A DNA stretch of 64,000 nt from Thermodesulfobacteriota bacterium (lineage in GTDB: Bacteria; Desulfobacterota; Binatia; Bin18). A program made the position numbers and the translations under genes. The DNA is taken from positions 2,656,001-2,720,000 of the forward strand of contig OZ219926.1 in the NCBI GenBank assembly GCA_964291405.2. The letters run 5' to 3'. This document shows, piece after piece, positions 50,437 to 60,588 of this stretch (position 1 is the first letter of the stretch; each line of letters starts with the position of its first letter). Below the pieces are notes generated by a model. It saw only the letters and a list, made by a program, of their open reading frames with translations, was not told the origin of the DNA and did not search any database.

Positions 50437-50892
50437 CTATGAGAACTGACTTCGTGAGTCAGACTCAGATGTTTCCTTCTCTCGCAAAAGAAACATGCTT
50501 ACTATTGCGGCAAGTCCGGACACACCAAACAGTCCACTCAGCCATGGATATCCTTTCACAATTGCCAGACACGCAACTCCCATAATGACGAGAATCGAAG
50601 TGAGCGCGAACCATTGACCCCGCTTATACAGTTCCACTGTGCGGGTATCCATCTCATGTTCGTGTTCCAAGTCTTGTTGTTCGAGGCTCTGATCATGGGC
50701 GGTCTGGCGTTCCCAGAGACTTAACATCCGCTCAAATGATCCAGGAAGAACTGCCTCGTACTGAGCGATGTGCTCTGGGATTGGTAAGGGGCTGCTCCAG
50801 GTCTCAGCGTACGCTTCGTCATCCGGGGCAGGGGCAGGCTCTAGCTCACCAGCGACCGGCTGTGCCTCCATAGGAGGCTTTTCGTCAGCCAT
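50437..50892 (-). CDS. DUF2335 family membrane protein
   Basis: SPLP.P....YE..LPG..ER....E.Q..H, RGQW, two TM segments. Confidence 0.75.
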   Translation of the reverse strand: MADEKPPMEAQPVAGELEPAPAPDDEAYAETWSSPLPIPEHIAQYEAVLPGSFERMLSLWERQTAHDQSLEQQDLEHEHEMDTRTVELYKRGQWFALTSILVIMGVACLAIVKGYPWLSGLFGVSGLAAIVSMFLLREKETSESDSRSQFS

Positions 50893-51331
50893 GTGACACG
50901 ACGGGGACGCTCCTGTTCGCTAATTGACGTAGCTTTCGGACGCGGACACGGAGCTTTTGGCGGAGTTCTGTGGTCCCGTTTTCTTAACGTACGCGATCCG
51001 GGGAGTGATCTGAAAGGTTTTTACTATAGTATCTACCGTAGAACGTGGGCGAGAGAGGCTTGTCATGGCATGTGGGCGGCAACGTTTCGCCACGGGTGCC
51101 ATAACGACGCCTTGTTCCTAACCCTGTCATGATCCTGCTGAGATTGGCCAGTTGGCAACGTGCGGATAGCCACACCCCTCCTATAATGCCACGGGCACAG
51201 AGGGTCAAGACAGGTCAAGAAAAGAAATTCAAAACGAGCCTTCCCCTCGCGCCTTTTTTCTCTCCGACCTGTTTGATACGCTCGGTCCTTCGCTGGCGCT
51301 ATATGCATCTTTTCTGCGTGAGGGGGCGATT

Positions 51332-52615
51332 ATGATCGAACGAGCCGCTATTCTGAGCACGGGGGATGAAATCACGACCGGCAAAGTCGTTGATACAAAC
51401 TCCAACTATATTGCGGATAAGCTGATCGAAGCCGGGCTAGAGGTTGCCTCGATTGTCACGGTTGGCGATGTGGCGGAACGGATCGTGTGGGCCTGGGAGC
51501 AGGCTATGGTTCACGCCGACGTGATTATTTCCACTGGTGGTATTGGGCCCACGGCGGATGACCTCACGACTGAACTGGTCGCCAAGGTCGCCGGAGTCGA
51601 GCTGACTTTTTCTGAAGAAGTCGCTGAGAATATTCGACGAATTTTTGCCTCGCTGAACCGCACCATGCCGGAGAATAATCTCAAGCAAGCCCAGTTTCCC
51701 GCCGGAGCGACCATTATTCCCAATCATCTCGGGACGGCGCCGGGCTACCGCTTGGCGCTGGAGACACCGCACGGTCACAAGCATCTGATCGTCCTGCCGG
51801 GTGTCCCGCGTGAGATGAAGCCCATGATGGAAGAAAGCGTCATCCCCTGGATTGGTGAAATGCGGGGTGGGGGTGATGTTTTTCTGACCCGGACGTTTCA
51901 GACCTTCGGCATTAGTGAGTCCGGACTGGACGAACTGGTATCCGGGGTGATTGCCGAAGACGAGGGGAAGCTGGCCTTTCGGGCCAACTTTCCACAAATT
52001 TCCATGCGAGTGACTGTCCGGGGAAAGGCAGGCGAGGTTGAGCGCCGAGTCGAAGGGCTGGCACGACGGCTACGGGAGAAAATCGGCCCGTACGTCTACG
52101 GCGAGGGCAATGTCAGCATGGAAGGCGTGGTGGGACAGTTCCTCAAAGAGCAGGGGAAAACGGTCGGTTTTGCCGAGGCATGCCCGGGTGGCCTGACCAG
52201 CCATCGCCTGACGAATGTACCGGGCAGTTCGGACTATTTCCTGGGTAGCATTATTGCCTATTCGGACAAGGCAAAAATCCAGCTGCTCAATGTCAACCCC
52301 AACACCCTGAGTCAGCACGGCGCGGTCAGCGAGGAGACAGTCAAGGAAATGGCTAGCGGCGTCCGTACCCGTCTGGGCACCGATATTGGTGTCGCGGTAA
52401 CGGGCATTGCCGGACCGGACGGCGGCACCCCGGACAAGCCGGTTGGGACTGCCTGCCTAGCGCTTGCTATGGATGGCACGCTGGTGTCGCGGCAGTATAA
52501 GCTCTGGGGCAACCGGGAGTGGATAAAAACCTTGACCTCTCAGTTGTGTCTCGACTGGGTACGGCGTGCCCTTCTTGAAATTCCTATTGCAGAATCAGGA
52601 TTTATACGTCGCTAG
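51332..52615 (+). CDS. cinA: Competence/damage-inducible protein A (MocF + PncC domains)
   Basis: GDE...G..DTN, TGG.GPT.DD.T, LPGVP.EM, GAVSEE, TGIAGPDGG. Confidence 0.92.
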   Translation: MIERAAILSTGDEITTGKVVDTNSNYIADKLIEAGLEVASIVTVGDVAERIVWAWEQAMVHADVIISTGGIGPTADDLTTELVAKVAGVELTFSEEVAENIRRIFASLNRTMPENNLKQAQFPAGATIIPNHLGTAPGYRLALETPHGHKHLIVLPGVPREMKPMMEESVIPWIGEMRGGGDVFLTRTFQTFGISESGLDELVSGVIAEDEGKLAFRANFPQISMRVTVRGKAGEVERRVEGLARRLREKIGPYVYGEGNVSMEGVVGQFLKEQGKTVGFAEACPGGLTSHRLTNVPGSSDYFLGSIIAYSDKAKIQLLNVNPNTLSQHGAVSEETVKEMASGVRTRLGTDIGVAVTGIAGPDGGTPDKPVGTACLALAMDGTLVSRQYKLWGNREWIKTLTSQLCLDWVRRALLEIPIAESGFIRR

Positions 52616-52631
52616 GGAAAGAGCAGGCCCC

Positions 52632-53204
52632 GTGTTGATTCGCGCCTTCATCGCGGCTAATCTAGCTCTGTCAGTAAGCGAAGAAATGGCAAAAGTCCAG
52701 TCTGCTCTCCAAAAGGCCAAAGGCGATATCCGTTGGGTCAAACCGCAGGGATTTCATCTGACGTTTCGGTTTCTTGGAAATATCGAGCCGATTCGCGTTG
52801 CGCCCATCCTGACCGCATTGCGAGCAGCCGTGAGGCTTCACCCTCAGTTCCAAGTCCGAACGCAGGGACTCGGGGCGTTTCCTTCATTCACCCGACCACG
52901 GGTGTTATGGACACGTCTGAACGGTGATGGACTACAGGAACTGTATACAAAAATTGAGTCGGCTCTCAGCTCCTGTGGCTTTCCGCCCGAGGGCCGCGCG
53001 TTTCGCCCGCATATCACTCTGGGCCGGGTCCGCTCTCCACGTGGTTGGAACCCAGTCCTGGAAGGAATCAAGGCGTATCTACAGTACGACTTTGGGGAGA
53101 GCCCGATTGACAAAGTGACCCTGTATCAGAGTGACCTGGGGCCAGGCGGAGCAGTCTATACGCCACTTGGGGTTGCCCATCTGAATCCCACTGAAGGTGT
53201 ATGA
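52632..53204 (+). CDS. thpR: RNA 2',3'-cyclic phosphodiesterase
   Basis: RAFIA, HLTF.FLG and PHITLGR (2H motifs); lies between cinA and recA. Confidence 0.9.
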   Translation: MLIRAFIAANLALSVSEEMAKVQSALQKAKGDIRWVKPQGFHLTFRFLGNIEPIRVAPILTALRAAVRLHPQFQVRTQGLGAFPSFTRPRVLWTRLNGDGLQELYTKIESALSSCGFPPEGRAFRPHITLGRVRSPRGWNPVLEGIKAYLQYDFGESPIDKVTLYQSDLGPGGAVYTPLGVAHLNPTEGV

Positions 53205-53236
53205 GCCCACCGCCCACAACAGTAAGGAGTGTATAT

Positions 53237-54286
53237 ATGGCAGAGGACAGAGATCGTGAACGAGCGTTAGACTTAGCGGTCAGTCAGATCGAAAAGCAGT
53301 TTGGCAAGGGCTCGATCATGAAGCTCGGCGAGGGCGCTCTGGTGCACAACATCGCCTCGATTTCGACCGGCTCGCTGGGTTTGGACCTCGCCCTCGGTAT
53401 CGGTGGCCTCCCACGCGGCCGCGTGGTCGAGATCTACGGACCTGAATCATCGGGGAAAACCACGCTCGCTCTGCACGTCGTTGCCCAGGCCCAAAAAGCC
53501 GGAGGCTCCTGTTCCTATATCGATGCGGAACACGCCCTGGACGTGAGCTATGCCGGCAAACTTGGGGTGAAAGTTGACGAGGTGTTGATCTCGCAGCCCG
53601 ACAACGGTGAACAGGCACTCGAAATCACGGACACCTTAGTCAGAAGCGGTGCGCTGGATGTGATTGTGGTCGATTCTGTGGCTGCCCTGGTGCCCCGCTC
53701 CGAGCTCGAAGGCGATATGGGTGAGCCGCAGATGGGCCTGCAGGCCAGACTCATGTCGCAAGCGCTGCGGAAACTCGTCAGTACGATATCACGTTCGCGT
53801 ACCCTGGTCATCTTCATCAATCAAATCCGGATGAAGATCGGTGTCATGTTCGGCAATCCCGAGACCACAACCGGCGGTAACGCCCTCAAATTTTATTCCT
53901 CCGTTCGCATGGATATCCGCCGTACGGGCGCAATCAAGCAGGGCGCTCAAGTGGTTGGGAATCACACTCGAGTCAAAGTGGTCAAAAATAAGGTCGCTCC
54001 ACCGTTCAAGGAAGCGGAATTTGATATTTTGTACGGGAGCGGGATATCCAAAGAGGGTGAGCTGATCGACATTGGCGTGGACAACAATATCGTTGAAAAG
54101 GCCGGCGCCTGGTACTCTTTTGCTGGAGAGCGGATCGGCCAAGGCCGAGAGAACGCCAGGGAATATCTGCGAGACAACCCCGAAGTGTCCGCCACGATAG
54201 AGCATCAGGTCCGGGAGAAGTTTGGTCTTAGCGCTCCTCAAGCCGAAGCTACAGCGAGAGAAGAAGAGGTGACTGAGAATGCCTAG
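53237..54286 (+). CDS. recA: Recombinase RecA
   Basis: [32 protein letters not shown]. Confidence 0.99.
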   Translation: MAEDRDRERALDLAVSQIEKQFGKGSIMKLGEGALVHNIASISTGSLGLDLALGIGGLPRGRVVEIYGPESSGKTTLALHVVAQAQKAGGSCSYIDAEHALDVSYAGKLGVKVDEVLISQPDNGEQALEITDTLVRSGALDVIVVDSVAALVPRSELEGDMGEPQMGLQARLMSQALRKLVSTISRSRTLVIFINQIRMKIGVMFGNPETTTGGNALKFYSSVRMDIRRTGAIKQGAQVVGNHTRVKVVKNKVAPPFKEAEFDILYGSGISKEGELIDIGVDNNIVEKAGAWYSFAGERIGQGRENAREYLRDNPEVSATIEHQVREKFGLSAPQAEATAREEEVTENA

Positions 54287-54304
54287 CGTTGCATTCCTTT
54301 ACTT

Positions 54305-54778
54305 ATGAGTCATCCGCGTTCTTCTTCTGAGCAGACCCCGTTGCACTATGCCTATAGTCTCCTGGCACGGGGCGACTACAGCGCGGCTCGTTTACACGAG
54401 AAATTACGGCTCAAGGGGTTCACGACGCAGGCGGTGACCGCGACGGTTGATACACTGAGGGAGCGCGGCCATCTGAACGACACCCGTTTGGCGCGCGGTC
54501 TGGCCGAGCGGTTTCAGAAGCAGGGCTTTGGTCGGTGTGGGGTGCGGGCCAAGCTCCAGCAACGGGGACTCACGGACGACGTGATTGCAACCGCGCTGAG
54601 CGAGTGGGAAGAGGACACGGATATCAGGATCGCCGAGCAGCTTATCCAGCGTCGTTTCCCTTCTACCGCACTCGAAGAGCCCAAGACGCGCGCCCGCGCA
54701 TATCGATTCCTGTTACGACGAGGATACTCTGCCAGTGTTGCGGCAAGCGTGCTAGGAAGAGAAGCGTATAACGACTAG
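54305..54778 (+). CDS. recX: Regulatory protein RecX
   Basis: Follows recA; LL.R.DYS...L..KL, LND.R.A, FL.RRGY. Confidence 0.88.
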   Translation: MSHPRSSSEQTPLHYAYSLLARGDYSAARLHEKLRLKGFTTQAVTATVDTLRERGHLNDTRLARGLAERFQKQGFGRCGVRAKLQQRGLTDDVIATALSEWEEDTDIRIAEQLIQRRFPSTALEEPKTRARAYRFLLRRGYSASVAASVLGREAYND

Positions 54779-54799
54779 CGAATGGAAAGAGTAACCGCC

Positions 54800-57520
54800 A
54801 TGACAGGGAACGAGATACGCGACAGCTTCCTGCAATTCTTTGCCGACCGGGGTCATCAGATTGTCCCGAGTGCGTCTTTGATTCCAGCCAATGATCCGAC
54901 GCTGCTGTTCACCAATGCCGGGATGGTGCCGTTCAAGAATATTTTTCTCGGGGTCGAACGGCCGACCCACCGGCGTGTGGTCGATTCCCAAAAATGTTTG
55001 CGCGTCTCCGGGAAGCATAACGATCTGGAAGAAGTGGGTCGCGATACCTACCACCACACCTTCTTTGAGATGCTGGGGAACTGGTCGTTTGGCGATTACT
55101 ACAAAAAGGAAGCTATCCGCTGGGCTTGGGAATTGCTGACCGAGGTCTGGAAACTTCCCAAGCCGAAACTCTGGGCAACGGTGTATACGACAGACGACGA
55201 GGCGGACGAGTGGTGGCGGACCCAAACCGATATCAATCCGCAACAGATTTTGCGTTTTGCTGAAAAGGACAATTTCTGGGAAATGGGCGAGACCGGCCCC
55301 TGCGGACCGTGCTCGGAAATCCATATTGACCGCGGTCCGCAGGCTTGCGAGTTAGCTAATACACCGGGCCATAGCTGCGCGGTCAACGGTGGCTGTCCAC
55401 GCTATATTGAGTTATGGAATCTGGTGTTCATACAGTACAACCGCAATGCGGATCGATCCCTGGACGATCTGCCCGAGACGCATGTTGATACGGGTATGGG
55501 CTTGGAGCGCATTGTCTCCGTTCTCCAGGACGTGCCGGGCAATTACGACTCCGACCTGCTGCGCGACATCATTACCTTTACCGAGGAGTTAGGCGAAAAG
55601 CAGAAACGTGTCCTCCAATCATCCGCAAAAGCTGGACACGTTTCTGCTTTCAAGCGCTACGGCGAGACGAGTGAACAGGATGTGTCGTTTCGGGTGATTG
55701 CCGACCATGCACGTACGGCGGCCTTTGCCATTGCCGATGGCGTGGTCCCGACCAACGAGGGGCGAGGCTATGTGTTACGGCGGATTATGCGCCGCGCCTT
55801 GCGCCACGGGCGACTCCTTGGCTTTGAGGGGCCATTTTTCTCCCAGGTCGCCGGAAGCGTGACACAACTCCTGGGCTCGGCCTACTCCGAGCTGGTTGAG
55901 CGACGAGACTATCTGACCGAGGTCATACACAACGAGGAGACCCGTTTCTCGGAAACCCTGGACAAGGGCCTGGCCCTGCTCGAGCAAGAAATCCACGATT
56001 TGCGTCAGCGCAACGCTACAACCCTGTCCGGCGAAACCGCCTTTCGGTTGTATGATACCTACGGCTTCCCGCTGGATATGACCGAGGATTTTCTGTCGTC
56101 CGAAGGTTTCAGCGTTGACCACGATGAATTTCAGGCAGCCCTGGAAGAACAGCGTGCCCGTGCGCGTGGGGGGCAAAAGTTTGCTTCCGTCTCCGTTTCT
56201 GACACCATTGGCCCGCCCACTGACACTATAAGTGCTGAAACTGTAAGGACCGATTTTGTTGGTGATCGCCAGACTGAACACGAATCCGAGGTACGCATGC
56301 TGCTGGTGGACGGACAGCCCCGAACAGACGTGGTACGCGAAGGGGAAGAAGTCGATCTAATCGTTGCCGAGACGCCTTTTTATGGCGAGTCCGGGGGACA
56401 GGTCGGGGATACGGGGACGATACGAACGAGCCGTGGCGATCTCATCGAGGTGTTGGATACGCTTAAACCGCAGCCTTCGCTTATTGTGCATAAGGGCCGG
56501 GTGGTGCAGGGCGCGATGCAGACCGGGGATGCTGTGCATCTCAGTATTGACACTCCACGGCGCGAAGCCATTCGTTTGAACCATTCCGCAACACATATCA
56601 TGCATTCCGCGCTACGCGAGATTTTAGGCTCCCACGTGCGGCAGGCCGGTTCCCTGGTCACCCCGGATCGACTCCGTTTCGACTTTACACATACCAGTCC
56701 GGTCAAGGACGATGTCCTGGACGAAATCGAAAACCTGGTGAACCACCATATTCGGGAAAATGCCGCGGTGACGAGTGAGGAGATGTCCTTTACCGACGCG
56801 ATACAAAAAGGGGCCTTGGCCTTCTTTGGCGAGAAATACGGCGAGATCGTTCGGGTGTTACGGATGGGAGATTTCTCAACCGAGCTGTGCGGCGGAACCC
56901 ACGTGAGTCGGACCGGGGACGTGGGGTTGTTCAAATTCAGAGCGGAGACGGGCGTGGCGTCCGGTATCCGGCGGGTTGAGGCGGTCACAGGCGAGGGTGC
57001 TCTCAACTGGGTGCGTCAACGCGAGCACGTGCTCAAGGACATGGGCAGTATCCTGAAAGGCTCTGAGGAGGATGCGCTTGAGCGCTTGGAAAAATTGCTG
57101 AGTCGGCAACACGAGCTTGAAAAACAACTTGACCAGCTTCAGAGCCAAATCGCCGGCTCACAAAGCGACGATCTTGCTTCCCACATCCGTCAGACCAATG
57201 GGGTCAATGTGATCGCCAGTCGGGTCGAGGGCGTGGATCAGAAAGCCCTCCGGGAGATGGCGGATACGCTACGCGACAAACACCATCCCGCGGTCGTCGT
57301 TCTCGGAGCAACGAATGGGGCGAAAGTGTCGCTTCTCGCCGCGGTGAGTAAGGATTTGGTGCCGCAATATCACGCCGGAAAGATTATCAAAGAGATCGCC
57401 CCGCTGGTTGGCGGCGGTGGAGGCGGGCGGCCCGATTTCGCCCAGGCCGGAGGAAAAGATCCCAAACGCCTGGATGAAGCCCTCCAAAAGGTGTATGAGC
57501 TGATTGAAAAAGGCGCATAA
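54800..57520 (+). CDS. alaS: Alanine--tRNA ligase
   Basis: DPTLLFTNAGM, HHTFFEMLGNWSFGDY, DTGMGLER, NHSATH, ELCGGTH, GGGGRP. Confidence 0.98.
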   Translation: MTGNEIRDSFLQFFADRGHQIVPSASLIPANDPTLLFTNAGMVPFKNIFLGVERPTHRRVVDSQKCLRVSGKHNDLEEVGRDTYHHTFFEMLGNWSFGDYYKKEAIRWAWELLTEVWKLPKPKLWATVYTTDDEADEWWRTQTDINPQQILRFAEKDNFWEMGETGPCGPCSEIHIDRGPQACELANTPGHSCAVNGGCPRYIELWNLVFIQYNRNADRSLDDLPETHVDTGMGLERIVSVLQDVPGNYDSDLLRDIITFTEELGEKQKRVLQSSAKAGHVSAFKRYGETSEQDVSFRVIADHARTAAFAIADGVVPTNEGRGYVLRRIMRRALRHGRLLGFEGPFFSQVAGSVTQLLGSAYSELVERRDYLTEVIHNEETRFSETLDKGLALLEQEIHDLRQRNATTLSGETAFRLYDTYGFPLDMTEDFLSSEGFSVDHDEFQAALEEQRARARGGQKFASVSVSDTIGPPTDTISAETVRTDFVGDRQTEHESEVRMLLVDGQPRTDVVREGEEVDLIVAETPFYGESGGQVGDTGTIRTSRGDLIEVLDTLKPQPSLIVHKGRVVQGAMQTGDAVHLSIDTPRREAIRLNHSATHIMHSALREILGSHVRQAGSLVTPDRLRFDFTHTSPVKDDVLDEIENLVNHHIRENAAVTSEEMSFTDAIQKGALAFFGEKYGEIVRVLRMGDFSTELCGGTHVSRTGDVGLFKFRAETGVASGIRRVEAVTGEGALNWVRQREHVLKDMGSILKGSEEDALERLEKLLSRQHELEKQLDQLQSQIAGSQSDDLASHIRQTNGVNVIASRVEGVDQKALREMADTLRDKHHPAVVVLGATNGAKVSLLAAVSKDLVPQYHAGKIIKEIAPLVGGGGGGRPDFAQAGGKDPKRLDEALQKVYELIEKGA
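55597..55650 (+). repeat. 54-nt hairpin element, copy 4 (in frame inside alaS)
   Basis: aaagcagaaacgtgtcc-tccaatcatccgcaaaagct-ggacacgtttctgcttt; 17-bp perfect stem. Confidence 0.88.
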
Positions 57521-57554
57521 AGCGTAATTGCTTTACGTTTTTGACGGAGGCTGC

Positions 57555-58727
57555 TTGGCTGAAGTAGAACAGGTGACAGCAGAAACATCTCATATCGAGT
57601 TTGGCAATCATCGCTTCTTACGCGATCTCCTCGGCCAGCACGACGCGCATCTGCACGGCCTGGAGAACGCGCTCGGCGTGAAAATATCCGCCTCAGGTAA
57701 CGCCCTTATCATTGCCGGAGACGAGCCCCAGCGCGACTTGGCGGGTCGGGTGGCGACCCAACTGTACGACCTCATCCAACGTGGCTATCCCGTCTATCCG
57801 AGTGATGTGGATTACGCGGTCCGCATCCTCAGCCGTGATCATACGGCGAACCTTCAGGATATTTTTCTCGACACGGTCTATGTGTCATCCAACCGCCGAA
57901 CCATTACCCCCAAGAGTCTTGTTCAGAAAGCCTACATCGATGCCATTCGCAAATACGATATTGTGTTTGGTATCGGGCCGGCTGGCACGGGCAAAACGTA
58001 TCTGGCCATGGCCGTCGCGGTTGCCGAACTCATGAAACGTAAAGTGAGCAGAGTCGTCCTCACGCGGCCTGCGGTCGAGGCTGGGGAGAAGCTGGGTTTT
58101 CTGCCGGGCGATCTAGCCGAAAAAATTAATCCCTATCTGCGGCCTTTGTATGACGCTCTGCACGACATGGTTGACTTTGATCGTGCGCAAAAAATGATTG
58201 AGCGCGGCGTGATTGAAGTGGCTCCACTGGCCTTTATGCGTGGCCGGACGCTTAATGATTCCTTTGTCATCCTGGACGAAGCGCAGAATACGACCCGCGA
58301 GCAAATGAAGATGTTCCTCACCCGATTGGGCTACGGGTCGAAAGCCGTGATTACCGGTGATATCACCCAGATCGATCTCCCCGCCGGGACGCGCTCCGGC
58401 TTAAAAGAGGCCCGACATATTCTGCGCGATGTCGATGGGATCCAATTTACGCTCTTTACCGAAAAAGACGTGGTCCGTCACCGTCTTGTCCAAGATGTGA
58501 TTACCGCCTATGAACGCGCCCAAGAAGCCCAGGAGCGCCGCGCCCAGGAAAGTCGCGCCCTCCGTCGTAACCGCCTCCAGGCCCGGTCTGAGCGTAGACA
58601 TCAACGGCACAGTACCGGGTCTGAGCCGGCCCCAGATCCGACGCTGGAGTCGAACGATCCTGCGTCACCTGAAAGTGAAACAGGCCGAGCTGAGCCTGGC
58701 CTTCGTGACGGATCAGACCATCCATGA
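57555..58727 (+). CDS. phoH: PhoH family protein (YbeZ); C-terminus runs into ybeY
   Basis: GPAGTGKT, RPAVEAGE.LGFLPG, MRGRT, DEAQN, GD.TQ.D; TTG start after SD GGAGG. Confidence 0.92.
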   Translation: MAEVEQVTAETSHIEFGNHRFLRDLLGQHDAHLHGLENALGVKISASGNALIIAGDEPQRDLAGRVATQLYDLIQRGYPVYPSDVDYAVRILSRDHTANLQDIFLDTVYVSSNRRTITPKSLVQKAYIDAIRKYDIVFGIGPAGTGKTYLAMAVAVAELMKRKVSRVVLTRPAVEAGEKLGFLPGDLAEKINPYLRPLYDALHDMVDFDRAQKMIERGVIEVAPLAFMRGRTLNDSFVILDEAQNTTREQMKMFLTRLGYGSKAVITGDITQIDLPAGTRSGLKEARHILRDVDGIQFTLFTEKDVVRHRLVQDVITAYERAQEAQERRAQESRALRRNRLQARSERRHQRHSTGSEPAPDPTLESNDPASPESETGRAEPGLRDGSDHP

Positions 58728-59022
58728 ACTGAATCGGCAGTACCGGCACAAAGACCGGCCAACGGACGTGTTGTCGTTTCCGCTGGCCGATGAACATTGT
58801 CCGACTCTGCTGGGCGATGTGGTCATCTCGGTTGACACCGCCCGTCGGCAGGCCCGGCAGAGTAAACGCGCCTTTGCCGACGAACTGCGCGCCCTGCTCA
58901 TCCACGGCATTCTGCACCTGCTGGGCTATGACCATGAAGTGTCGGAAAGCGAAGCCGTCCGCATGCGCCGAAAAGAGCGCGAACTGAAGGCCCTGTTGCG
59001 GCAATCTGGCAATGTAGATTGA
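58588..59022 (+). CDS. ybeY: rRNA maturation endoribonuclease YbeY (start codon uncertain)
   Basis: LNR.YR.KD.PTDVLSF, LGD..IS, HGILHLLGYDH. Confidence 0.9.
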   Translation: MSVDINGTVPGLSRPQIRRWSRTILRHLKVKQAELSLAFVTDQTIHELNRQYRHKDRPTDVLSFPLADEHCPTLLGDVVISVDTARRQARQSKRAFADELRALLIHGILHLLGYDHEVSESEAVRMRRKERELKALLRQSGNVD

Positions 59023-59027
59023 ATCCC

Positions 59028-59273
59028 GGTAGTGTCTCAGTTTGGAATTTTTCTCCTCGCCGCCCCCTTCCTTGCTCCTCCCGGCGTCGCCGGCCATATT
59101 TTTTCACCAATCGCATCATTTTTTTGCCAAACCCCCCAATCTTGGGGGCGACAGGAGCGGCCGAATTGGGTTATGAGAATCTCTATTTCGGGGGGACTGA
59201 GACACTGAGGGAGGCGAAGTCAAAGCCCCTCATATAAGAGCGAAAGCCACAGGATTCAAACTGAGACACTACC
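59028..59273. mobile_element. 246-bp MITE-like element with 17-bp terminal inverted repeats
   Basis: ggtagtgtctcagtttg (59028-59044) / caaactgagacactacc (59257-59273); internal partial copy actgagacact at about 59196; no transposase. Confidence 0.7.
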
Positions 59274-59441
59274 TGAATATAGGTAGATGCTCTCTCGCAA
59301 TGGCAACTGGAGGCGTTTTTGTATGGGTATCCTGGTAGACATTTTTGACGAAGAGAGGCGACCCCTCTCTGAGAGGGGAATAATATACTTGGCTAACTCC
59401 ATCATTTTCCGAATACTTTCTGCTCAATAGAGAGGAAGAGC

Positions 59442-59948
59442 ATGAATCATGATGGACCGATACCAGAGAGGGGTAATTTCGGATGTCTCTCTCTGGCCCT
59501 CTTTTTTTTCGGTGCGTGTGGTGTTGCTATATTCTCAGCTAAGTATAGCACGTCGTACAAAGACCTCATTTTTCTCTGGGGCTTGGTTCTTGTTGCAGGG
59601 TCTATACCGTGGGGGGTCTGGCTATTCAAATGGTGGACAGACCCGAGGAATGCCCCGTCTGGATTTAAACGGTGGGCATTTGAAGCGAGGAAGGAAGAAG
59701 TGTTCTTAGACTGGTGCCAGACGCAGCAATGGTATGGCTCCGATGGCAAGAGCGATGCAGACCTCCGGAATTGGTATCGTGCCAATGTAGAGGAGCAGGT
59801 GCGGCGCCTCGGTCCGGAAGAGTTACTACAGTGGTGCCGCACCAATTTGGAAAAGAAAGGATTTTGGGAGAAGGCAGGAGCCTTTCTGGAGGGCGCCGCC
59901 GAAATCGCCTTGTTAGCAATTGGGTTCGGAGATGGAGATGACGAATAA
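59442..59948 (+). CDS. Hypothetical membrane protein
   Basis: SD GAGGA; two TM segments then a Trp-rich helical domain. Confidence 0.55.
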   Translation: MNHDGPIPERGNFGCLSLALFFFGACGVAIFSAKYSTSYKDLIFLWGLVLVAGSIPWGVWLFKWWTDPRNAPSGFKRWAFEARKEEVFLDWCQTQQWYGSDGKSDADLRNWYRANVEEQVRRLGPEELLQWCRTNLEKKGFWEKAGAFLEGAAEIALLAIGFGDGDDE

Positions 59949-59997
59949 GTGCCGAAAGAAACTGCCGGTGCTTCCCTGTTCTCTGGAGTATCAGGGC

Positions 59998-60156
59998 ATG
60001 GATGACATCCGCCCACGCCCACGAGAGTACGAATACACAGAAGGCAAAGACGCGGCAAGACGGTTTGAAGGGTTGGTCAAGACAGTGATGACCGCGCCGC
60101 CTGCTCAGGTTCAGAAGAGAGAGAAGGCGGGGCGGAAGAAGAATAGGAAGAGGTAA
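59998..60156 (+). CDS. Small basic hypothetical protein
   Basis: SD GGAG; MDD...EYTEGKDAARRFEGLVKTVMTAP...RKKNRKR. Confidence 0.45.
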   Translation: MDDIRPRPREYEYTEGKDAARRFEGLVKTVMTAPPAQVQKREKAGRKKNRKR

Positions 60157-60190
60157 TTGCCGACACCCACCCAGGGTCATAGCTCATTCC

Positions 60191-60301
60191 TTAGCAGGAT
60201 TTGCTGGGTTTGGAACGCCGGTGAGGCTTAACAGTCACCGTCTTGGATCCAGGCTTAGGTGTCGTTCGCACACGCTGGACCGTACAAGGTTTCTTCGCCA
60301 T
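60191..60301 (-). CDS. 36-aa basic peptide (below the ORF-track cut-off)
   Basis: SD AAAGGAG 7 nt before ATG; MAKKPCTVQRVRTTPKPGSKTVTVKPHRRSKPSKSC. Confidence 0.55.
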   Translation of the reverse strand: MAKKPCTVQRVRTTPKPGSKTVTVKPHRRSKPSKSC

Positions 60302-60504
60302 AGGCATACTCCTTTCTAGCTGCATGATTTACCTGGTCGCTCAGACAGACAGCATTAAGGGTTAATAGAAACTACCTCATAAATGTCTGACGGGTGCTGC
60401 TCTATAGGCCGCTGATCCTAGGCAAAAGTGGCGGCTCTCCTATTTATGAGATAGCTTCTGGCCATTCCCCAAGGCTCTCCTTTCCTTATCTCGACCAGTC
60501 CGAC

Positions 60505-60588
60505 GAAAGATACCGGATTCCGGCTTATGCTGGAATAATGAGAAAGCCGGTGCGGCCCTTCCAGGCTGGGAGAGTCCGGCTGGGCTGC
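60505..60588 (+). repeat. Direct repeat A (left of the TA module)
   Basis: gaaagataccggattccggcttatgctggaat...gtgcggcccttccaggctgggagagtccggctgggctgc. Confidence 0.8.

Noticed and set aside
50930-50968. Reverse-strand tccg..aaagct motifs as further copies of the 54-nt element
   Set aside because: No flanking AAAG...CTTT stem and the spacing is wrong.
54784-54796. gaaagagtaacc upstream of alaS as a left arm of the element
   Set aside because: No loop motif or right arm; it may simply be the ribosome-binding region.
56198-56230. Short duplication in alaS (SDTI...TDTI)
   Set aside because: An 11-12 nt imperfect repeat in a naturally variable linker; too weak to call.
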